43,692 nt of DNA from an uncultured Thermus sp. (lineage in GTDB: Bacteria; Deinococcota; Deinococci; Deinococcales; Thermaceae), in NCBI GenBank assembly GCA_947085095.1, contig CAMTVD010000007.1, forward strand, positions 1 to 43,692. The letters run 5' to 3'. Shown piece by piece: positions 38,156-43,692 of the stretch. The notes below the pieces were generated by a model. That model was not told the DNA's origin. It saw only the letters and a program-made list of their open reading frames with translations, and did not search any database. The first letter of the stretch is position 1. Each line of letters begins with the position of its first letter. A program made the position numbers and the translations under genes.

Positions 38156-39184
38156 ATGGAACGCCCAGGCCTCGAGGGGGAAGGGCTCTTGGAGGCTGCC
38201 CGGGCGCGGATGGACCAGCTCACCAAACCTCCCCGCTCCCTGGGCTTCCTGGAGGAGGTGGCCCTGCGCCTCGCCGCCATCCAGGGGCGGGTGAAGCCGG
38301 AGCTGGGCCGGGGGGCGGTGGTGGTGGCCGCCGCCGACCACGGGGTGGTGGCCGAGGGGGTTTCCGCCTACCCTCAGGAGGTGACCCGGCAGATGGTCCT
38401 GAACTTCCTCCGGGGCGGGGCGGCCATCAACCAGTTCGCCCGGGTGGCGGACTGCCAGGTCTACGTCCTGGACGTGGGGGTCATGGGGGAGCTTCCCGAC
38501 CACCCCCGTCTTCTCAAGGCCAAGGTGCGGGAGGGGACGAGAAACCTGGCCCAGGGCCCCGCCATGACCCTGGAGGAAGCGGAAAGGGCTCTCCAGGGGG
38601 GCCGCTGGGCGGCGAGACGGGCCTTGGAGGAGGGAGCCACGCTCCTTGCCGCGGGAGACATGGGCATCGGCAACACCACCGCGGCCGCCGCCCTCACCGC
38701 CGGGCTCCTGGGCCTCCCCCCGGAGCGCGTGGTGGGCCGGGGCACGGGGGTGGGGGAGGGGGGCCTCTTGCGGAAGCGGGAGGCGGTGGCGAGGGCCCTC
38801 GCCCGCCTCCGGCCCGGGATGGGGCCCCTCGAGGTGGCCGCGGAGGTAGGGGGGCTTGAGCTCGTGGCCATCGCCGGGGTCTACCTGGAGGGGGCGGAGC
38901 GGGGCGTGCCCCTCGTCCTGGACGGCTTTCCCGTATCCACGGGCTTCCTCCTGGCAAGCCGCCTCAACCCCGGGGTCTTGCGCTACGCCTTTGCCGGGCA
39001 CCTCTCCCGGGAGCCGGGGCACCGGGTCATCCTGGAAGCCCTAGGCCTCAGGCCCCTCCTGGACCTGGACCTGGCCCTGGGGGAGGGGACGGGGGCGGTG
39101 TTGGCCATGCCCCTCCTCCGGGCGGCGGCCCGGATCCTCCACATGGCCACCTTCGCCGAGGCGGGGGTGAGCGGGGCCCAATAA
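38156..39184 (+). CDS. cobT: Nicotinate-nucleotide-dimethylbenzimidazole phosphoribosyltransferase
   Basis: LTKPPRSLG.LE, AADHGV, GDMGIGNTT, GRGTG, LGEGTGA, MATF.EA. Confidence 0.95.
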   Translation: MERPGLEGEGLLEAARARMDQLTKPPRSLGFLEEVALRLAAIQGRVKPELGRGAVVVAAADHGVVAEGVSAYPQEVTRQMVLNFLRGGAAINQFARVADCQVYVLDVGVMGELPDHPRLLKAKVREGTRNLAQGPAMTLEEAERALQGGRWAARRALEEGATLLAAGDMGIGNTTAAAALTAGLLGLPPERVVGRGTGVGEGGLLRKREAVARALARLRPGMGPLEVAAEVGGLELVAIAGVYLEGAERGVPLVLDGFPVSTGFLLASRLNPGVLRYAFAGHLSREPGHRVILEALGLRPLLDLDLALGEGTGAVLAMPLLRAAARILHMATFAEAGVSGAQ

Positions 39185-39196
39185 AATGGGAAGGCC

Positions 39197-39517
39197 ATGA
39201 TTCTCACTACCGGCACCACCATAGAAGACCGCAGGGTGGAGGCCTACTTGGGCATCGTCTTCGGGGAGGCCATCGTGGGGGCCAACCTCTTCCGGGACCT
39301 CTTTGCCCAGGTCCGGGACATCGTGGGGGGGCGGAGTGGGGCCTACGAGGCGGAGCTCCGCCGGGCCCGGGAGATGGCCCTGGAGGAGATGAAAGAGGAG
39401 GCCCGCCGCCTGGGGGCGGACGCCGTCATCGGGATAGACGTGGACTACGAGGTCCTGGGGAGCGGCAACAGCATGCTCATGGTGACGGCAAGCGGCACCG
39501 CGGTGCGCCTCAAGTAG
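39197..39517 (+). CDS. YbjQ/UPF0145 family protein
   Basis: [33 protein letters not shown]. Confidence 0.92.
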   Translation: MILTTGTTIEDRRVEAYLGIVFGEAIVGANLFRDLFAQVRDIVGGRSGAYEAELRRAREMALEEMKEEARRLGADAVIGIDVDYEVLGSGNSMLMVTASGTAVRLK

Positions 39518-39520
39518 ACC

Positions 39521-40213
39521 TTGCGCCCCCTCCTCGCGGCCCTAGCCCTCCTCACCGCCCTCCCCGTGCGGGGGGCCTTTTCCCCGGAGGAGCTGAGGCG
39601 GGGGGCGGCTTTCTTCCCCTTGGTGGGCTACCTCCTGGGGGGGGTTCTGGCCCTGGCCTCCCTCCTCCCCCTTCCCCCGGGCCTCCAGGGAGCCCTCCTC
39701 CTCGCCCTCTGGCTTAGCCTCACCGGCTTTTTGCACCTGGACGGCCTCCTGGACTCCGCGGACGCCCTCCTTGGGGCCAAGCCGCGGGAGAGGCGTCTCG
39801 CCATCCTCAAGGACCCCCACCTGGGGGCCTTCGCCTTCGGGGTGGGGGGGCTTTACCTCCTCCTCAAGTGGCAGGCCCTGGCCCTCTCCCCGGAGCCCCT
39901 CTTCCTCTTGCTCCTCCCGGGCTTCGCCCGCTTCCTCCCCCTTCCCTTCCTGAACCGCTACCCCCTGGCCTGGGAGGGGATGGCGGCCCTGGTGCGGGGC
40001 GGGCCCCTCGTTCCCCCCTTGCTCCTGGCCCTGCCTTTACCCCTCTTCTTTCCCTTTCCCGCCCTTCTGGCCTTCCTCGCGGCCTTTGGCGTGGCCCGGC
40101 TCGCCCTCTCCCGCCTTGGAGGACTTACCGGGGATGTGCTTGGGGCCATGATCGCCCTGGCCGAGCTCGCCGGCCTGCTAGGCTATGCCCTATGGAAGGC
40201 CCTAAGCGGGTGA
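39521..40213 (+). CDS. cobS: Cobalamin synthase CobS
   Basis: [41 protein letters not shown]. Confidence 0.93.
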   Translation: MRPLLAALALLTALPVRGAFSPEELRRGAAFFPLVGYLLGGVLALASLLPLPPGLQGALLLALWLSLTGFLHLDGLLDSADALLGAKPRERRLAILKDPHLGAFAFGVGGLYLLLKWQALALSPEPLFLLLLPGFARFLPLPFLNRYPLAWEGMAALVRGGPLVPPLLLALPLPLFFPFPALLAFLAAFGVARLALSRLGGLTGDVLGAMIALAELAGLLGYALWKALSG

Positions 40214-40755
40214 AGCCCTACGAGAAGCCCAAGGGAAAGAGGCGGGGCCTCCTCATCGTCTACACCGGGGACGGGAAGGGGAAGAGCACCGCCGCCTTTG
40301 GCCTGGCCCTGAGGGCGCATGGCCGGGGCTTGAGGGTGCGCATCTTCCAGTTCCTCAAGCACCAGGGGGCCCGCTTCGGGGAGCACCGGGCCCTGGAAAG
40401 CCTGGGCATCCCGGTAGAGGGCCTGGGGGACGGGTTCACCTGGAGGAGCCGGGACCTTTTGGCCTCCGCCAGGCTGGCCCAGGAGGGGTGGCGTAGGGCC
40501 AGGGAAGCCCTCCTCTCCGGGGATTACGACCTGGTGGTCCTGGACGAGGTCACCTACCCCTTGCGCTACGGCTGGGTTCCCCTGGAGGAGGTGCTGATGA
40601 CTCTTAGGGCTAGGCCCCCCCACGTTCACGTGGTCCTCACCGGGCGGAACGCCCCCGAGGCCCTCCTGGAGCTGGCGGACACAGCCACGGAGATGCGCAA
40701 GGTGAAGCACGCCTTTGACCTGGGGGTCCCCGCTCAGCGGGGGATAGAGCACTGA
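40192..40755 (+). CDS. cobO: Cob(I)yrinic acid a,c-diamide adenosyltransferase (CobO/BtuR)
   Basis: [39 protein letters not shown]. Confidence 0.93.
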   Translation: MEGPKRVKPYEKPKGKRRGLLIVYTGDGKGKSTAAFGLALRAHGRGLRVRIFQFLKHQGARFGEHRALESLGIPVEGLGDGFTWRSRDLLASARLAQEGWRRAREALLSGDYDLVVLDEVTYPLRYGWVPLEEVLMTLRARPPHVHVVLTGRNAPEALLELADTATEMRKVKHAFDLGVPAQRGIEH

Positions 40756-42083
40756 TGCTCCTTCCCCGACTCCTCCTCGCCGCCCCCCACTCGGGGGCGG
40801 GGAAGACCACGGCGGCCTTGGCCCTCCTCCTCCGCCTCCGGGGGATGGGGCTCAGGGTGCGCCCCTTCAAGGTGGGGCCGGACTACATAGACCCCACGCA
40901 TCTGGAGCGGGCGGCGGGCCTTAGGCCCTACAACCTGGACGGCTTCTTCCTGGACGAGGGGGGCCTCCTCTCCCTCTTCGCCCACGGGACGAGGGGGGTG
41001 GACTTGGCCCTTATAGAGGGGGTCATGGGCCTCTTTGACGGCAAGGACCCCTTGGGGCGGGTGGGGTCCACCGCCCAGGTGGCCCGCATCCTGAAGGCCC
41101 CCGTGGTCCTGGTGGTGGATGCCCAGGGCATGGCGGGTTCCATCGCCCCCCTGGCCCTGGGTTTCGCCCGCCATGACCCCGGGGTGCGGGTGGTGGGGGT
41201 GGTGGCGAACCGGGTGGGTTCGGAGCGGCATGCCGAGCTCCTGAGGGAGGCCCTGGCCCCCTACGGCCTGCCCCTCCTGGGCTGGCTCCCCAAGGACCCC
41301 GCCCTGGAGCTCCCCGAGCGCCACCTGGGCCTGGTCCTGGCGGGGGAGGTGGAGCCTCCCCTAAAGGCCCTGGAGGGGGCGGGCCGGTGGGACCTCGAGG
41401 CCCTCCTCCGCCTGGCCCGGTCGGCCCCACCCCTTCCCGAGCCGCCCCCTTTCCTCCCCGAGAGGCGCCCGCCCCGGGTGCGGGTGGCCTACGCCTGGGA
41501 CCGGGCCTTCTCCTTTTACTACCCCGAGGCCCTGGAGCTCCTTTCGGCTTTGGGAGCGGAGCTCGTCCCCTTCAGCCCCCTCGAGGACGAAACCCTTCCC
41601 GAGGTGGAGGCCCTGATGATCGGGGGCGGATATCCTGAACTCTTTGCCGAGAGGCTTTCGGAAAACCGTGCCATGCGGGAGGCCATCCGCCGCTTCAGGG
41701 GCCCCATCCTGGCCGAGTGCGGGGGGTACATGTACCTCTCGGAGGGGCTTTGGGTGGGGGAGCGCTTCTTCCCCATGGTGGGCCTGGCCCCGGGGGAGGC
41801 CCGCATGGGGGAGAGGCCCATCCTGGGCTACCGTGAGGTGGAGGCCCTCCGGGATAACCCCGTGGCCCGGGAAGGGGAGGTCCTCAAGGGGCACGAGTTC
41901 CACTACGCCCGTCTTCCCCCCTCCCCAAGCCCCGCCTGGCGCCGGGTGGGCGGGGAGGAGGTGGAGGGGTGGACGGACGGCCGGGTGCTGGCGAGCTTTG
42001 TGCACCTCTACCTTCCCGCCGAGCCCAGGGCGGCCCTACGGTTTCTGGCCGTGGAGGGCCGTCGGAGGCATCCCTCGCTTTAG
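40755..42083 (+). CDS. cobB: Cobyrinate a,c-diamide synthase (CobB/CbiA)
   Basis: SGAGKTT, FKVGPDYIDP, IEGVMGLFDG, PERHLGL, GGGYPE, AECGG, GHEFHY. Confidence 0.95.
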   Translation: MLLPRLLLAAPHSGAGKTTAALALLLRLRGMGLRVRPFKVGPDYIDPTHLERAAGLRPYNLDGFFLDEGGLLSLFAHGTRGVDLALIEGVMGLFDGKDPLGRVGSTAQVARILKAPVVLVVDAQGMAGSIAPLALGFARHDPGVRVVGVVANRVGSERHAELLREALAPYGLPLLGWLPKDPALELPERHLGLVLAGEVEPPLKALEGAGRWDLEALLRLARSAPPLPEPPPFLPERRPPRVRVAYAWDRAFSFYYPEALELLSALGAELVPFSPLEDETLPEVEALMIGGGYPELFAERLSENRAMREAIRRFRGPILAECGGYMYLSEGLWVGERFFPMVGLAPGEARMGERPILGYREVEALRDNPVAREGEVLKGHEFHYARLPPSPSPAWRRVGGEEVEGWTDGRVLASFVHLYLPAEPRAALRFLAVEGRRRHPSL

Positions 42084-43302
42084 TCAAAATGGGGGTTTGG
42101 CTCTGGCCGGTGCAGGAAAAACCCCTGCACCAGGTCTACCCCCACGGACCTGGCGAGGGCCCAGTCTGCCTCGGTTTCCACCCCCTCCAAGACCACTTTT
42201 AAACCCGTCTCGTGGCCGATTTCCACCAGATGCCGCAGAAGGGCTTCGCTCCTCCCTTCTTGCAGGGCGAGAAGCTCCCGACCCAGCTTGAGGTAGTCCA
42301 GGGGAAGGCGGGTTAGGTGGGCTAAGGTAGTTTGGCCAACGCCGAAATCGTCCAGGGCTATCTGGAAACCCAGGGCCTTTAGCTTCCACAAGAAGGGAAC
42401 GATCCGCCCCAGCTGGGGAAGCACCACCCCTTCGCTCACCTCCACCACTACCCGTTTTGGGTCTAACCCGGCCTGCACCTCTTGCTCCACTAAGGACAGG
42501 AGCCTCTCATCACCTAGGGACCAGGGGGTGAGGTTGATCCAGAAGGTGAGGTGGCAAGGGTAGCGGGCCTGCAGCTCCCGGAGCTGGCGGACCACAAAGC
42601 CGTCCAGGGCCTCGTTCACTGCTCGTCGGGAGAGGTCCATCTGGGGTAGGGGGTTCACGTAATCCGCTCCCCTGCGCAGGCGGAAGAGGACTTCTGCGTC
42701 GCGTATGCGTGTCTCTTCCAGCCGTTTGATGCCTTGGAGGAAAAGGGCCACATTTCCTGTGAGGAGGGCCTGGTGGAACTCCGCCTCCAGGGTCAGGGCC
42801 TGGGGGGTGAGGCCCTCGAGGTCAGGGGTGAATACCCCCGGTTCCCGAAGGCGTTGCGCCTTGACCCGGTACATGGCCAGGTCTGCGCGCCGCACCAGAT
42901 CCCCGAAGCTCACCCCGTGCAAAGGGTAAAGGGCTAGGCCCAGGCTGGCCTCCAGGCGTACCGAGCTACCTCCCAAATTCACCTTTATTGCGCAGGCTTC
43001 TAAGAGGACCCTGGCCTTGTCCCGAGCTTCCAGAAGGTCGTGGGCGGGAAACCAGATGGCGAACTCATCCCCGCCGAGTCGGCCCACCAGGCTTTGGGGG
43101 AGGGCTTGCCGCAGACGTTGGGCCACCTTGCGTAGCACCCGGTCTCCAGCCAGGTAGCCCAGGGCGTCGTTGATTGCCTTAAAGCGGTCCAGGTCCAGGT
43201 AGGCCAGGGCGTGGTTTGCCCCGGCCTTCAGGATTTCCGCCTCCACGGCCTCCTCAAAGGCCCTTCGGTTTAGGAGGCCGGTGAGCGGGTCCAGCGTGGC
43301 TA
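42080..43302 (-). pseudogene. GGDEF-EAL diguanylate cyclase/phosphodiesterase, 5'-truncated by IS630
   Basis: The frame extends upstream of the ORF call to LATLDPLTGLLNRR at 43302 and abuts IS sequence. DLDRFKAIND, RLGGDEF, EVL.R, DDFG, EGVET, QGF are present. Confidence 0.85.
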
Positions 43303-43576
43303 AGTACCCTCCCCCAAGATTTTCAACTCCACACCCCCCAGGGCCTTGAGGGCCTGAACCACCGCCTCCCTAAGCTCCTCAACCCCCCCGTAGTGCCGCC
43401 GAGGCATCAAAAACCCCTTCCCCCGCCGCCACACACCCTCCATGGGGTTCAAATGGGGACTGTACCGGGGCAGGTATCCCACCGTAAGCCCCCGCGCCCG
43501 GCCGGGGGGCGGGCGCCGCGGCGCCCCCCCCGGCCCGGGGGGGGGGGCCGTTCAAAACCGGGGGGGCGGGTACTTC
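43301..43576 (-). mobile_element. IS630-family remnant (transposase C-terminus plus terminal repeat)
   Basis: YLPRYSPHLNPMEGVW..K motif (43300-43482), TA at 43301-43302, and AAGTACCCTCCCCC (43302-43315) mirrored by GGGGGCGGGTACTT (43562-43575). Confidence 0.8.
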
Positions 43577-43630
43577 GCTAGGGGGGGCCTTGGCCTCTTT
43601 AGGGAGGTGGGCCGGGGGCGGGTGGGCCTC

Positions 43631-43692
43631 ATGGCCTTGCTTCTCTTTCCCCTTTACGCCCTGGCCCTTTGGCTTTCCTTCCGCTACGCTCG
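43631..43692 (+). CDS. Possible start of a membrane protein running off the window
   Basis: MALLLFPLYALALWLSFRYA is hydrophobic with Thermus-like codons; too short to identify. Confidence 0.3.
   Translation, partial: MALLLFPLYALALWLSFRYA

Noticed and set aside
1797..42005. Many long antisense or alternate-frame ORFs (e.g. 1797-3098, 11048-12307, 17127-19025, 32820-34457, 34699-36027)
   Set aside because: They are shadows of real high-GC3 genes, with no motifs or independent start signals.
1..43692. tRNA, rRNA, tracrRNA or anti-repeat sequences
   Set aside because: None recognisable by eye, and no repeat-like sequence seen outside the array.

Overview
GC-rich Thermus-like window with four blocks. 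(1) 1-16.2 kb, acyl/lipid catabolism: an IS256-family element end sits in the first codons of an SDR gene, followed by a decayed MaoC gene, a PaaI thioesterase, an acyl-CoA ligase and a second SDR. A divergent MalT/SARP-like regulator faces an operon of atypical FabH-like enzyme, acyl-CoA ligase, two alpha/beta hydrolases, MaoC/PhaJ hydratase, a LIV-type ABC importer and 3-hydroxybutyrate dehydrogenase. sixA and a CHAD gene follow. (2) 17.5-28.6 kb, type III-A CRISPR-Cas: two CARF-HEPN RNases, cas6, cas2, a 4-spacer array lying between cas1 and cas2, a frameshifted cas1, and cas10-csm2-5 behind a CRP-type site. (3) 28.8-42.1 kb, late cobalamin genes (cobQ-cobU fusion, cobD, cbiB, cobC, cobT, cobS, cobO, cobB) interleaved with ppdK, a class V FBP aldolase/phosphatase, a HEPN(pseudo)-MNT pair and a YbjQ gene. 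(4) A GGDEF-EAL gene truncated by an IS630 remnant. The best candidate for an undescribed system is the putative 3-hydroxybutyrate-ester/PHA-oligomer uptake regulon with its 11-bp tandem operator; next is a CsoR/RcnR-like palindrome in front of cobT-ybjQ. Family calls come from motif recognition and recall; no database searches were run.
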